From positions 1-64,000 of the IMG/VR virus record IMGVR_UViG_2907546677_000002: a DNA stretch of 64,000 bases; one strand, written 5' to 3'. Origin of the DNA: a virus (lineage: Duplodnaviria > Caudoviricetes). The translations under genes were made by a program, and so were the position numbers. Shown piece by piece: positions 8,948 to 18,317 of the stretch. The notes under the pieces were generated by a model that ran no database searches, was not told where the DNA came from, and worked only from the letters and a program-made list of their open reading frames with translations. Numbering within the stretch: the first letter of the stretch is position 1; every line of letters starts with the position of its first letter.

Positions 8948-9690
8948 CGGTCCGTCTCCTTTCCATCGATGTCGGTTCTTAGCTGCCTGACCGCTCCCGT
9001 ATTGTCTTCGTATGCACCCCAGCCGAACGGGGTGCGCATGTCCGCCTCCGTGTTGACGATCATGGTGGTCGCGTGCGAATGGTTGCTTTTGCGGATCAGG
9101 GGGGTCACTGGCGCGGCTCCGAGATGGACGTGCGTGGCTTCCTCGCGAAGCCGTGCGGCCAGGTCACGTCCCATGGTGCGCCGGTTGAGCTCGCGTCCGG
9201 CGAGGACGACGGCCACGCCGGTCTGCCGGGCCTGTCCGATGATTCCGTTGAGCAGCACGCTGATGGTCTTGTATGCTCCGCATGGACGCTCGTTGCTGAC
9301 TTCACCCTGGGTCATGGCGTCGAAGTCGTCGAACACAAGCAGCAGCGGCCGGCGTGCGGGCGCGTCGGTTTCCGTGGGATGCCCGGACATCCTGCGCCGC
9401 TGTTCGGCCTGCGCCCGTTCCAACAGTTCGATGATCCTCGTGTCGTCCCCGTAATCGAGGTTCATGATGGTGGGGGAGGGAAGCGGCACGCCCTTCCTCC
9501 CCAATCGGGTGACGCTGGCTCCGTCCCGCTGGGCTTCGAGCATGATCCGGTCGGCGAACGTCGTCTTCCCGCAACCCTCATGGCCGGTGACGGTGAGTGT
9601 CGGAGAATCCTTCGTATCCCAGATGATTCGGCTGCCCCGCTGGTCGTGTCCCAGATCGATTTCCAATGCGTGTTCCTTTCCTGTGTTCAC
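8944..9690 (-). CDS. stand-alone FtsK-like P-loop ATPase domain
   Basis: LTVTGHEGCGKTT, LLLVFDDFD, ARQTGVAVVLAG. Start and stop overlap both neighbours. Confidence 0.75.
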   Translation of the reverse strand: MNTGKEHALEIDLGHDQRGSRIIWDTKDSPTLTVTGHEGCGKTTFADRIMLEAQRDGASVTRLGRKGVPLPSPTIMNLDYGDDTRIIELLERAQAEQRRRMSGHPTETDAPARRPLLLVFDDFDAMTQGEVSNERPCGAYKTISVLLNGIIGQARQTGVAVVLAGRELNRRTMGRDLAARLREEATHVHLGAAPVTPLIRKSNHSHATTMIVNTEADMRTPFGWGAYEDNTGAVRQLRTDIDGKETDR

Positions 9691-12600
9691 CAGTCGACCT
9701 CTTCGATGTCGTCCGGCGACTCGTCCTTGTTGTTGAGCAGGCTGTCGATCTCCTCCGCGTCGACCTGCTCACTCTGGGTTGTCTGCGTGTTCTGGTTGTT
9801 GAGGAGGTTGGCGAGTTCGTCATCGGATAGTTCGCCGTACCGTTCGGCGGCTGCGGGCATGAACGGCGAATAGTCGATGGGATGGGGTTTCGGATGGTCT
9901 CGGAACAGTTCCGCCAGCGCGTCCTGCTCTCCCGAATACCATGTCTGGACTGCGAGGAGTTCGCCCTGCGCGGTCTCGAACATGCCTCGTCCCTGGGGTA
10001 TCCGCCCGCCTTCGCCCTTCAACGACTGTTGGAGCCGGTTCGCTTCCTGCAGGTTCTGCTGGCTGATGATTCCGGCTGTGGAGTCCATGCCCAGGAGGAT
10101 GCGTCCGAGCGAACGGAACAGGGCGTTGGCGTTATACGGTTTCATGTCGTCCATGGACAGTCGTTGGGCGCCGAGGATGACGCTGATGCCCGCGGTTCGT
10201 CCCTGCACGACGATCTTTCCGAGCGCGCTCATGGTCCGTCGTATCGAATTGTTCGTCGCGGACACGGCCGCGTTGTCGTTCGCCAATTGGATGTCACGGT
10301 TCGGATTCTGCGTGGTCTTGCCGGCCTCCTGCAGATAGGAGTTGAACTCGTCGAAGAACAGGTCTATCGGCCGGACGTGCTCCAGCTCTTCGGGTGAGAG
10401 CATGGAACGGTCGAGCTCGTAGATGCTCGCGGCCCCGTATTTGCTGAGCAGTCTCACCCTTTGCGCCATCTCGTCGCGTAGCCACGCGATGACCGCTTCG
10501 GTCTCGCGCATCTGCCCGAGTCCCACGAACGCCAACGCCAACGGTTTCGCCCACCGGGTGAAATCGATGCAACCCTTTGACGGGTCGACGAGGATGATGC
10601 CATGCCCCTTGAGCAGCGCTTCGGCGACAATGATCTGCGCGGCGGATGATTTTCCGGTGCCCGACTTGCCGCTGACGAGCAGATGGTACGTGTCTTTCAC
10701 GTTCCAATAGACTGGGCTACCCATATCGTCCACTCCGAGCGGGAACATGCGTGGTTCCGCCGCGCGGGCGAAATCCCAGTCCGCTTCGACCATGGTGGGG
10801 AAGGGGCTGCGCTTGGCGAGCACCATGTCGTATCGTGTCGCGCCATGTTCCTCGCCGCGGGGGAGGATGCGCCCGTACCCGTATCCGGCGGCCGTCATGA
10901 ACTTTCCGATATTATGCTGCGGCTTGTCCACGTCCAGTCCGGCGGGAATGTCGAACCTGGCGAGGAGCACGTCGTGATTGCGGGGGAGGGCGCCCAGCTT
11001 GACGACCTTCGGGGTGCGTCCCGCGCTGTCGGTCACTCCCGCGTCTCCCCATGCGTCGGACAATGCCAGCTCGATCAGGAGCTTCTGCATCTGGCGTCTG
11101 CGCCAATGGGGGAGGTCTTCGACGCCGAGATGCGGGTCCCTGCACAGCCACAGGCTCGCCATGTCGGCTTTCTGCCAATCCCAGTACACGTGGGTCGCGC
11201 CGACCGCGGATTCCACGCGGGCCGCCTGCTTGCGCACGTCCATGACGGTGCCACCGCGATCCAAATGGAATTTGACGCGCCAGATCGCCACGTCACGCCC
11301 CTCCTGCGTGCACGAGTCGATGGTTGCGCCGGTCTTCGCGGGGAGCACGTCAAGCAGCGCCTTGAACACGATGCACTGCGCGTACTGGCGTATGTGCGGC
11401 TGTCCTCCGGTCAGGTTCTCGATGCGCGTGGGAGCCGCGCCGTCGGCGGTCAGCAGGTAGCCGGACTGGTCCTCGCCGATGACGCCCACGTATCGGGCGT
11501 CCGGAGCGAGCGTGGAGAGGTCCAGTCGCGCGTAGTCCGCCGCCGTGGACGGAGGGGTGAAACGGAGAGGCAGTATGCGCAGCGTCCAACCGCCGTCGCA
11601 ATCGAGCTCCTTTTCCCCGTCGTACAGTCCGATGGGCGCCGGGAGCTTGTTACCGATCAGGTCGCTCCACGTGGACTGGTCGGACTGGCAGCGTCGGGAG
11701 ACGCTGATGTAGTCGGCGAACGGCTTCCTCAACGTCATGCCGTCCGGCCTCCAACGGTTGCCCCTGTCGGACAGCGGGGTGTCAGGTTCGGCGACGAGGT
11801 GGAACGCAAAGGTCAGGTCGGCGAATACGGGCAGGTGCAGTGTCTGGTCGGGACCCCAGTCGCCGCCGAGCCAGTCGAAGCCGATCTTGTCGATGGGGTC
11901 GCCGCCCGATGGGGGAGTGTGGATGAGCAGCAGCCATGCGGCCTTCTCCCCGTCGGCGCTCACGTCCTTCGCTTCGGTCAGCGGCGCGCGCTTGTTCCAG
12001 ATGAGCGCGGTCCGCGCGTACGCGATGTCGCATACCAGGGTCGCTAGCCCCTCGCCAACGTCGCGCCTGCCGATGGAGGGGATGCTGGACTCGTCGCGGC
12101 CGAGTGCGAGACGGAAGCTGGACGGGTCGAACTGGAACGCGCCGGCCTTGCGCTGACGCGCCGCGAGCAGGCATACGAAACTGTATCCGTCGGCCGCGGT
12201 GACCGCCTTGACTTTCTCGACGCCGGTCTTGAACACGTCGTCGACGCTGCGTTTCTGACCGTCCTGCGAGCTGAGCGTGATACGGATGACGGTTAACGGG
12301 TTCTGCGGATCCCCCTTATGGTCCACTTGGGTGACGTACGCTCCCTCCCATGCTTTCCACAGGTCACTGCCTGACGCCCACTTGTCCACGAGCTGCTGTG
12401 TGTCCACGAGATCATGCCAGTACTGTGACTGGGGTTTGCGGGCGAGCAGCCACACGATGACGAGGAACAGCATGGCCGGGAGCGCGATGACGGCCGGAAG
12501 CGACATGTGCCCGATGTCTTCGGCCAGCCCGCGCATGAAGAGGAACAGCAGGAAGGCAAGCAGAATCAGGCTCGGAGCGCAAGCCAGGATCCTTTCCGAA

Positions 12601-13094
12601 ACGGAACCGTGTTTCAGGAATCCGGGAACGGACACACCCTTGTACACGTGCCTGCGGTCGGCCGCACGGTCGCGCCAGCGGATGAAGCCCATCATGCATG
12701 GGAACGCGGCGAGCATGTTCACGGCCAGCACGATCATTCCGGCGGAGCCGGGTGTCGCCAGCACGCCGACTGCCCAGCCCATCCACCATGAGACGCGCCG
12801 GACTTCCAGCCAATCCTTGTTGGGGATGATCCCGGCGAGCATGTCCTTCCACCGATGATATGCGGTCATGTCCCTGGGGTCGGGCTGGTCGGTTTTGCGT
12901 CCCGAACGCGGCTGGGGGAAACGCGCGGTCAGCCCGCCGAGAAGCATACCGATGAGAAGGAACGGCATGACCGGCAATCCCACCCACCATGCGATCGGAA
13001 TGATGAGTACGGGTATGGCGAACCACGCCCCTGCCAGAATGGGTTTGGCCTGTCGTGATCGTGCCCTGCTTCGTCGTCTGTATGCCACAGCCAA
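9687..13094 (-). CDS. membrane-bound FtsK/SpoIIIE-family ATPase (TcpA/TraB-like)
   Basis: Several N-terminal TM helices. C-terminal HLLVSGKSGTGKS, IDLFFDEFN, GRTAGISVILGAQR. Confidence 0.85.
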   Translation of the reverse strand: MAVAYRRRSRARSRQAKPILAGAWFAIPVLIIPIAWWVGLPVMPFLLIGMLLGGLTARFPQPRSGRKTDQPDPRDMTAYHRWKDMLAGIIPNKDWLEVRRVSWWMGWAVGVLATPGSAGMIVLAVNMLAAFPCMMGFIRWRDRAADRRHVYKGVSVPGFLKHGSVSERILACAPSLILLAFLLFLFMRGLAEDIGHMSLPAVIALPAMLFLVIVWLLARKPQSQYWHDLVDTQQLVDKWASGSDLWKAWEGAYVTQVDHKGDPQNPLTVIRITLSSQDGQKRSVDDVFKTGVEKVKAVTAADGYSFVCLLAARQRKAGAFQFDPSSFRLALGRDESSIPSIGRRDVGEGLATLVCDIAYARTALIWNKRAPLTEAKDVSADGEKAAWLLLIHTPPSGGDPIDKIGFDWLGGDWGPDQTLHLPVFADLTFAFHLVAEPDTPLSDRGNRWRPDGMTLRKPFADYISVSRRCQSDQSTWSDLIGNKLPAPIGLYDGEKELDCDGGWTLRILPLRFTPPSTAADYARLDLSTLAPDARYVGVIGEDQSGYLLTADGAAPTRIENLTGGQPHIRQYAQCIVFKALLDVLPAKTGATIDSCTQEGRDVAIWRVKFHLDRGGTVMDVRKQAARVESAVGATHVYWDWQKADMASLWLCRDPHLGVEDLPHWRRRQMQKLLIELALSDAWGDAGVTDSAGRTPKVVKLGALPRNHDVLLARFDIPAGLDVDKPQHNIGKFMTAAGYGYGRILPRGEEHGATRYDMVLAKRSPFPTMVEADWDFARAAEPRMFPLGVDDMGSPVYWNVKDTYHLLVSGKSGTGKSSAAQIIVAEALLKGHGIILVDPSKGCIDFTRWAKPLALAFVGLGQMRETEAVIAWLRDEMAQRVRLLSKYGAASIYELDRSMLSPEELEHVRPIDLFFDEFNSYLQEAGKTTQNPNRDIQLANDNAAVSATNNSIRRTMSALGKIVVQGRTAGISVILGAQRLSMDDMKPYNANALFRSLGRILLGMDSTAGIISQQNLQEANRLQQSLKGEGGRIPQGRGMFETAQGELLAVQTWYSGEQDALAELFRDHPKPHPIDYSPFMPAAAERYGELSDDELANLLNNQNTQTTQSEQVDAEEIDSLLNNKDESPDDIEEVDW

Positions 13095-13356
13095 TACATT
13101 AGGCGACGGTTAAGGTAAAACAAAATACGTTTAAAAATGTTTTTTGATTTATACGATCAGCGAAGTAAATGGTAGCGCTGATACTGGGATTTCTTTGTTG
13201 TCTTGGCGTGTCTATGGGCATCCACGCCGAAACGTGACCGGGATTTGGCGGTCGGTGGGAGTTTGGGCTTGCCTTGTCGTGCCTTGTTGGCTTAGTGTTG
13301 CAGTTAGCAAGGGCAGCAAGCGTCATTGAACATGAAACGTATTGGAGGTGGTTGAG

Positions 13357-13791
13357 ATGATGGCTTTGCTCGCAATGGTAGGTTTCACGATCCTGGTGAT
13401 CATGACTGCGATCTTCCTGCTGATGTTCCTGTTCTTCGGATCCCCGGCCGGAATCAAGTTCACGGAGATCTTCAACTGGGCTACGACCAGCGGCGTCGAA
13501 TCGGTGTGGAACATCGGTTTCACCGCACTGCTGCTGCTCATCCCGGTCGCGATCCAATTCGGCATCTTCATGCTGAGCCAGCTGATCAGCCGTGACTGGC
13601 TGCGTTTCCTCGCAGCGCCGGTCATCTACCTGCCGGTCGCCTGGTTCGTGTTCGACGCGACCCGACAGTACGAATACTTCCAACACAAGTGGATCGTCGC
13701 CGCGGCATTGCTCCTGTACGTGGTTCCCATCATCGGCTCCTGGCTGTGGATCATCAACGACTCTTACCGGCGGATCAAGGCGTCCCGCTAG
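13357..13791 (+). CDS. integral membrane protein (about 4 TM)
   Basis: GGAGGT SD before ATG 13357; almost entirely hydrophobic helices. Confidence 0.7.
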   Translation: MMALLAMVGFTILVIMTAIFLLMFLFFGSPAGIKFTEIFNWATTSGVESVWNIGFTALLLLIPVAIQFGIFMLSQLISRDWLRFLAAPVIYLPVAWFVFDATRQYEYFQHKWIVAAALLLYVVPIIGSWLWIINDSYRRIKASR

Positions 13792-14078
13792 CCGAGTTGG
13801 GTTTTCGCCTCGTCGATTACCTGCTGCAGTTCGTCGCCGACCTTGATGTCCTCCATGTAGTAGTACGCGCTGCGCCACTGGCTTGAGTTCGTCTTGCGTT
13901 GGGCGGCGCTCACCTTCACGCTTCCCTGAACCCATTCTCCGCTCTCGTCGCGGGTGAATCGGATGATGGCTGTTCGGGCGAGCACCTGCGTGCCGTCAGT
14001 CTTATCCAAGATCAGCTGAGGGTCAAGCTTCCTGATCACTTCGGCGGTGCGATGCGTGCTGTCAGTCGACTGGATCAT
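13788..14078 (-). CDS. hypothetical protein, paralog of 21818..22123
   Basis: Shared pattern KLDPxLxxxxxDGTxVLxR...W..AY.Y..D......L...IDEA. Confidence 0.65.
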   Translation of the reverse strand: MIQSTDSTHRTAEVIRKLDPQLILDKTDGTQVLARTAIIRFTRDESGEWVQGSVKVSAAQRKTNSSQWRSAYYYMEDIKVGDELQQVIDEAKTQLG

Positions 14079-14610
14079 ATGCTTCCTTCCTTGTCGCGTA
14101 GATGAGGTTCGAACCGTGCCCGCGCATCACGCTGTCGCGCAGCGGGATGGGGCGCTTGTATCCGCCGTTGCGGATGGATGCGGCGAACTCGTATTCTTCG
14201 AACGGGAATCCATGTCCGCTGGTCACGTCGTCCAACTGCACCCACCGGTTTCCGGTGTCGGCGCAGGCTTCCGGCATGGTGTACCGGCTGTCCGTCGGGG
14301 GTTGCTTGTCGTCGCCGACGTCGTGGATGTCTCCCATGAGCCAGTCGTCGTCGGTCGTCCAGATGATGAGCCGCTGGCACATTTTGAGGTTCATGACGCT
14401 TGCCCCGTTGAATCGGGTGAGGAGGTGCCCGTCATGGTTGTGCGCGTGGCCGGCGAGCGTGTGGATGTAGTTGGCTCCGTCGCCGGGCTGCCAGTTGTAG
14501 CGTATTTCCGTCTTGTGGTCGGCGCGGACGTATTCCCGGCCGACCTGTCTTTTGATGCCGCTGAGTCGGCGGAATGCGACGCGCTGTCCGGCTGGTTTCC
14601 GTGTTTTCAC
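14062..14610 (-). CDS. hypothetical protein
   Basis: 182-aa ORF with AAAGGA SD before GTG 14610, downstream of motif copy 2. Confidence 0.65.
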   Translation of the reverse strand: MKTRKPAGQRVAFRRLSGIKRQVGREYVRADHKTEIRYNWQPGDGANYIHTLAGHAHNHDGHLLTRFNGASVMNLKMCQRLIIWTTDDDWLMGDIHDVGDDKQPPTDSRYTMPEACADTGNRWVQLDDVTSGHGFPFEEYEFAASIRNGGYKRPIPLRDSVMRGHGSNLIYATRKEAYDPVD

Positions 14611-14632
14611 GGGGTCACGTCCTTTCTTTCTT

Positions 14633-14658
14633 GTGCAGACATTATCAGTGTATCACGT
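14633..14658 (-). promoter_or_regulatory. 26-bp motif copy 2
   Basis: ACGTGATACACTGATAATGTCTGCAC. Confidence 0.8.
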
Positions 14659-14717
14659 CATGCGATTGGGTGCGATGCCAAATGTCGACTCGGAAAAGCG
14701 GAGCCCAACCGAGAACG

Positions 14718-15069
14718 TTGACGTCCTCCCGTGGTTGAAACCACGGGATTCCAGCATTTAGGATGCTGAGGTTCCGCACGCTCTAACGGCAGCGTCCGAC
14801 CCGCGATATGCGGGGTGGACGTCTTGCGTCGTAGTGGCGTGCCCGGCTCCGTCCGAGCCGGATAGTTGCCGCCATCCCCTGTCGAGGATGTTTTTGGCGG
14901 CGTTCAAATCCGCGTTCATGCGAATGCCGCACTTTTTGCAGTGGAATTCCGCTTGGCTTTCGCGGTTGTTCCTTTCGCAGTGTCCGCATTCGCTGCACGT
15001 TTGGGACGTGTATGCGGGGTTGACGAGCATGAGCAGACTGTCGTCCGCCAGTCGTGTCTTGTATTCAAG
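14718..15069 (-). mobile_element. tnpB: IS200/IS605-family remnant: tnpB 3' end plus right end
   Basis: LEYK...VNPAYTSQTCSECG...FHCKKCG..MNADLNAAKNIL (Zn ribbon plus RuvC-III). Subterminal hairpin cccgtggtt-ga-aaccacggg at 14728-14747. Terminal TCAA at 14721-14718. Confidence 0.85.
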
Positions 15070-15171
15070 CTTGCCGACGCCGGAAGGGTAGCCGTCCAAT
15101 TGGCAGTAGATCGCGCTGATCATGAAGTCCGGGTTGGTGGTTGCGATGATGCTTCGGGTGCCCATGCTCAC
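14758..15171 (-). pseudogene. chimeric ORF: unrelated N-terminus fused in frame to the TnpB C-terminus
   Basis: MGTRSIIA...IYCQLDGYPSGVGKL joined to EYKTRL...; junction near 15066-15070. Confidence 0.7.
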
Positions 15172-15761
15172 GCCTCCTTACGGCGAACGGGAATGCATTT
15201 CTCTTGGATGCCGCTGAGCACGATGGCCGCAAGCGTGCAATCCTCGTCACAGGTCAATGCCTGCAATGCGATGATTGCGGCGTTCGAGGCACCGGCCAGC
15301 CATAACACGTATGCGATGACGGCGAGCGGCTGGGCGCCGAACTGTTCGGGGGCGGCGGCCATGTCGGAAAGCATGTCGAGGGCCGTGTCGAACCGGCCGT
15401 TTAGCCACGGGGTCTTGCCGTCGATCGCGTTGCCGAGTGACATTGCGAGCAGCGCGCTCAGACGGGCCTTGTTCTCCTTGTCTTTCGGGTACGCCGCGAG
15501 TCCGATCATGTCGGCCGTGCTGATCGTGGAGTCGATGATGCTGGCGATCATCGCGTCGCGGACGTGAAGGTTGTCGCGCATGAGTGCGGTGAGGCGGCGC
15601 TTGGTCTCGTCGCTGGTTCTGTCGGTTTCGCTGTCGAGGCTGTACATCCACGCATCGAACAGTGGCTTGCACCATCGTTCGGTCGCGGATTCAGTGCCGT
15701 GCTCTTTGGTGTCCTGCCTGTACTGGTCGGCGGTGCGCTGGTATTCGTCTGTCTTGCTCAT
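15168..15761 (-). CDS. DUF4192-like actinobacterial protein
   Basis: LHVRDAMI...QPLAVIAYVLWLAG..AAIIALQAL..D..C.LA pattern. Confidence 0.6.
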   Translation of the reverse strand: MSKTDEYQRTADQYRQDTKEHGTESATERWCKPLFDAWMYSLDSETDRTSDETKRRLTALMRDNLHVRDAMIASIIDSTISTADMIGLAAYPKDKENKARLSALLAMSLGNAIDGKTPWLNGRFDTALDMLSDMAAAPEQFGAQPLAVIAYVLWLAGASNAAIIALQALTCDEDCTLAAIVLSGIQEKCIPVRRKEA

Positions 15762-15782
15762 TTTTTCCTCGCTCGCTCTTTT

Positions 15783-15808
15783 GTGTGGACATTTTCAGTA
15801 TATCACGT
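15783..15808 (-). promoter_or_regulatory. 26-bp motif copy 3, with consensus -35
   Basis: TTGACA (15824-15819), 16 nt, then TATACT within ACGTGATATACTGAAAATGTCCACAC. Confidence 0.85.
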
Positions 15809-15882
15809 GGGGTGTTGTTGTCAACCAACCCGCAAACCCGCATAGAATCAGAACCACCCCCCCCCGACAGTAAGGGAAAACC

Positions 15883-16839
15883 ATGGACAGAAAAAAGGCA
15901 ATCGCCGCCATCCTCGCGATCATCCTCCTCGTCGCCGGCGTCATCGCATGGTCGACATGGCGCAAGCAGGTCACCCGACAGCAACAGGAGGAAAACCGAT
16001 CCGCCATCGCACGGCAACACCGCAACAACGCCAAACCCAAACCCGCCATCACCAGCCAGCAGGCGGCGGAATACAAGCAGACCGCCATCCAGTTCGAGAA
16101 GACAAGCCGCGAATGGGGCACCGACCCGCAGACGGCCGTCAGCGACACGAACGCCGGACAGGACACCAACACGGTGCTCAACCGGCTACGCACCCCCGCG
16201 ACAATGAACCCGGCCACACTCGACACGGTGTCATCCATCAAACGCGACAAGGACACGGGCCCCCACGCGCCAAGCCCATACTGCGACGGCACCCAGCCGA
16301 CCGTATGCGCCATGACCCCCACCATGCTCGACTACTGGAGGAACCAGGCATGGATCCTCGGAGCCCGCATGGACGGCACACCCGACACGACAGTCAACGA
16401 CGACGGAACCATCGACATCAAAGGGCGCATGAAAGTCGTCATCTGGGGAGATACGCAGGACGCACCCGCCTATCAGAGCGACGACGGCACATGGTGGAAC
16501 TTCACGCCGGTCACCGGCTACGTCAGCTACGCGGACACGCTCACCATCGGCGCGGACGGCCGGGTGAGCCGTCGCGTGGAGAACCTGGACACCGACTTCA
16601 TCATCGACCCATGGTACGAGACATGGGACTCGAACCCCATGGGAAGCACCTCACGCCTGACGGGGCGAGCACAGGCGAGTATCCCCTTGAAGGGCGGCGT
16701 GCCGTCACTGGGCATGAACCATGATCCGAACGTGGGGGTCGTCAAAAACCTCAACGTCATGCAGGGCGGACAGTGGGCGAGGATATTCTCTGAACACTCC
16801 GAAAGGATGCAGCAGAGCGAAGGCGACAACAGCTACTAG
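15883..16839 (+). CDS. membrane-anchored/exported hypothetical protein
   Basis: MDRKKAIAAILAIILLVAGVIAWSTW signal/anchor; AAGGGA SD. Confidence 0.75.
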   Translation: MDRKKAIAAILAIILLVAGVIAWSTWRKQVTRQQQEENRSAIARQHRNNAKPKPAITSQQAAEYKQTAIQFEKTSREWGTDPQTAVSDTNAGQDTNTVLNRLRTPATMNPATLDTVSSIKRDKDTGPHAPSPYCDGTQPTVCAMTPTMLDYWRNQAWILGARMDGTPDTTVNDDGTIDIKGRMKVVIWGDTQDAPAYQSDDGTWWNFTPVTGYVSYADTLTIGADGRVSRRVENLDTDFIIDPWYETWDSNPMGSTSRLTGRAQASIPLKGGVPSLGMNHDPNVGVVKNLNVMQGGQWARIFSEHSERMQQSEGDNSY

Positions 16840-16859
16840 CCGGGGATGCCCGACGGAAG

Positions 16860-18302
16860 TCAGCCTTCCGAGCCGCTGGCCTCCTTCTGGATATTGGCCC
16901 AATGCTTGTTGCGGAAGAAGTACACGTTGCCAGACTCCATCTGGTCCTTGGTGCGCCACCGGTCGCCCTCATAGCTGTTCCAGCAGCCGTCGCCATCCCA
17001 GCCGAAGCAGGGCGGCACGTTGTTCACGTTCCCCTCGCTCATGCGCACCTTGTAGCCGGACGGGTCGGACTTGACCTCCTCGATGATGACGATATGGTTC
17101 GTCCACCCGGCGGCCATGTCGCCGGGATGCGGTGTCCGGTCGACGGTCCAGTCCGGGTCGTCCATGAGGTTGATGGGTATGTCCTTCGCCCTGGTGTGCA
17201 TGCGGATGTTGGGCACGTCCCAGTTGGTGAGCGTGCTGCCTTTCTTCGTCCAGTCCAGCCCGTAGATCATGACGGCGCGGGTCATCGCGTACCAGGTGCA
17301 TTGGTAGCCGTTGTCGTGCACGGTCTCATACCAGTGGTAGCCGCCGTAGTCGTGGGGGTTGCACACCTTCATCGCCTCGCACATCCAGTCGAAGTTGCCT
17401 CGTTTGGCGGGCGCGTCGCCGATCTTGCCGTACACGGCGCCACTGTCGTCGGTTCCGCATGACGCCTGCTGCACGCTTCCGTCGCCGCTCTCGTCATCCC
17501 AGGTGGTGCCGTCGTTGTTGGAGCCGTCCTGGAAGTTCTTCAGATGCGTGTTGTCCTTGGTCTTGTCGGGAAAGGTGATGTCCTTGAGCCCCTTGTCGTA
17601 CCAGTATTGTGCGCTTCCTGTGCGTTTCTCCTCGGCCCATTCGCTTGGGCCGGGTCCTTCGAAGCCGAACAGCCATGCCATCGCCGCGGTCTTCGGGTCG
17701 CCGGTGGTCTGCCATGCGCGGAACAGGCGGGTTCCGGCCTTCGCGTTCGGAGCCTTGTATCCGAGGCTCTGATAGTTGGAGAGACGTCCGGCCCCGTCCA
17801 TCCACCGTGATGTGTTGGAGGGGACGGCGACGAGTTGCGCGAGGACCTTCACCTGCCCGTCGAGGTCGCTTATCTTCGTGTCCTTCAGTCCTATGGAGTC
17901 CATTTCGGTGCGCAGCTTCGATCCCGGATTCCATTGAGCGATGCCGTATGCGCCGGAGGCCGGGTTCTTCGCCGTGGGCAGGAACTGGCTTTCCTGTTCG
18001 AGGTTGCCGAGGATGCCGGCCACGCCGGCCTTGGACACGCCCGCGTCGGCGAGGTCCTTCGCTATCTTCAGCGCGTTGTCGCTGGGTTTCGACGGCTCGG
18101 TGTACCCGTCGCCCTCGGTCTCGTCCGTGTCGCTCACGCAGCTTGCGCTTGAAGCTTCGGCGTCACCGCCTTTCTGCGTGGAGATGGTGGTCATCATGCC
18201 GCTGATGGCCGCGCTGATGCCGAGTACCGTCATCACCTGGAACAGGACGGTCGAGATCATGGCTACGGCGGCGATCTTGAGCCCGATGTTCGATTTGCCC
18301 AC
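16860..18302 (-). CDS. cell-wall hydrolase: phage-tail-lysozyme-like domain plus CHAP domain (VirB1/TcpG-like)
   Basis: N-terminal TM; AGILGNLEQES and GAYGIAQW; YQCTWYA, PHPGDM, HIVIIEEV, MSEGN. Confidence 0.85.
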   Translation of the reverse strand: MGKSNIGLKIAAVAMISTVLFQVMTVLGISAAISGMMTTISTQKGGDAEASSASCVSDTDETEGDGYTEPSKPSDNALKIAKDLADAGVSKAGVAGILGNLEQESQFLPTAKNPASGAYGIAQWNPGSKLRTEMDSIGLKDTKISDLDGQVKVLAQLVAVPSNTSRWMDGAGRLSNYQSLGYKAPNAKAGTRLFRAWQTTGDPKTAAMAWLFGFEGPGPSEWAEEKRTGSAQYWYDKGLKDITFPDKTKDNTHLKNFQDGSNNDGTTWDDESGDGSVQQASCGTDDSGAVYGKIGDAPAKRGNFDWMCEAMKVCNPHDYGGYHWYETVHDNGYQCTWYAMTRAVMIYGLDWTKKGSTLTNWDVPNIRMHTRAKDIPINLMDDPDWTVDRTPHPGDMAAGWTNHIVIIEEVKSDPSGYKVRMSEGNVNNVPPCFGWDGDGCWNSYEGDRWRTKDQMESGNVYFFRNKHWANIQKEASGSEG

Positions 18303-18317
18303 GGGGGAGGCTCCTTC

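Noticed and set aside
7100-13094. Type VII secretion EccC/EssC call for the three FtsK domains
   Set aside because: No WXG100, EccB/D or mycosin-like genes were seen, and the domain order and split differ. Kept only as an alternative.
13160-13340. Riboswitch or leader RNA in the long 5' UTR of 13357
   Set aside because: Only weak pairing was visible and no known aptamer consensus was recognised.
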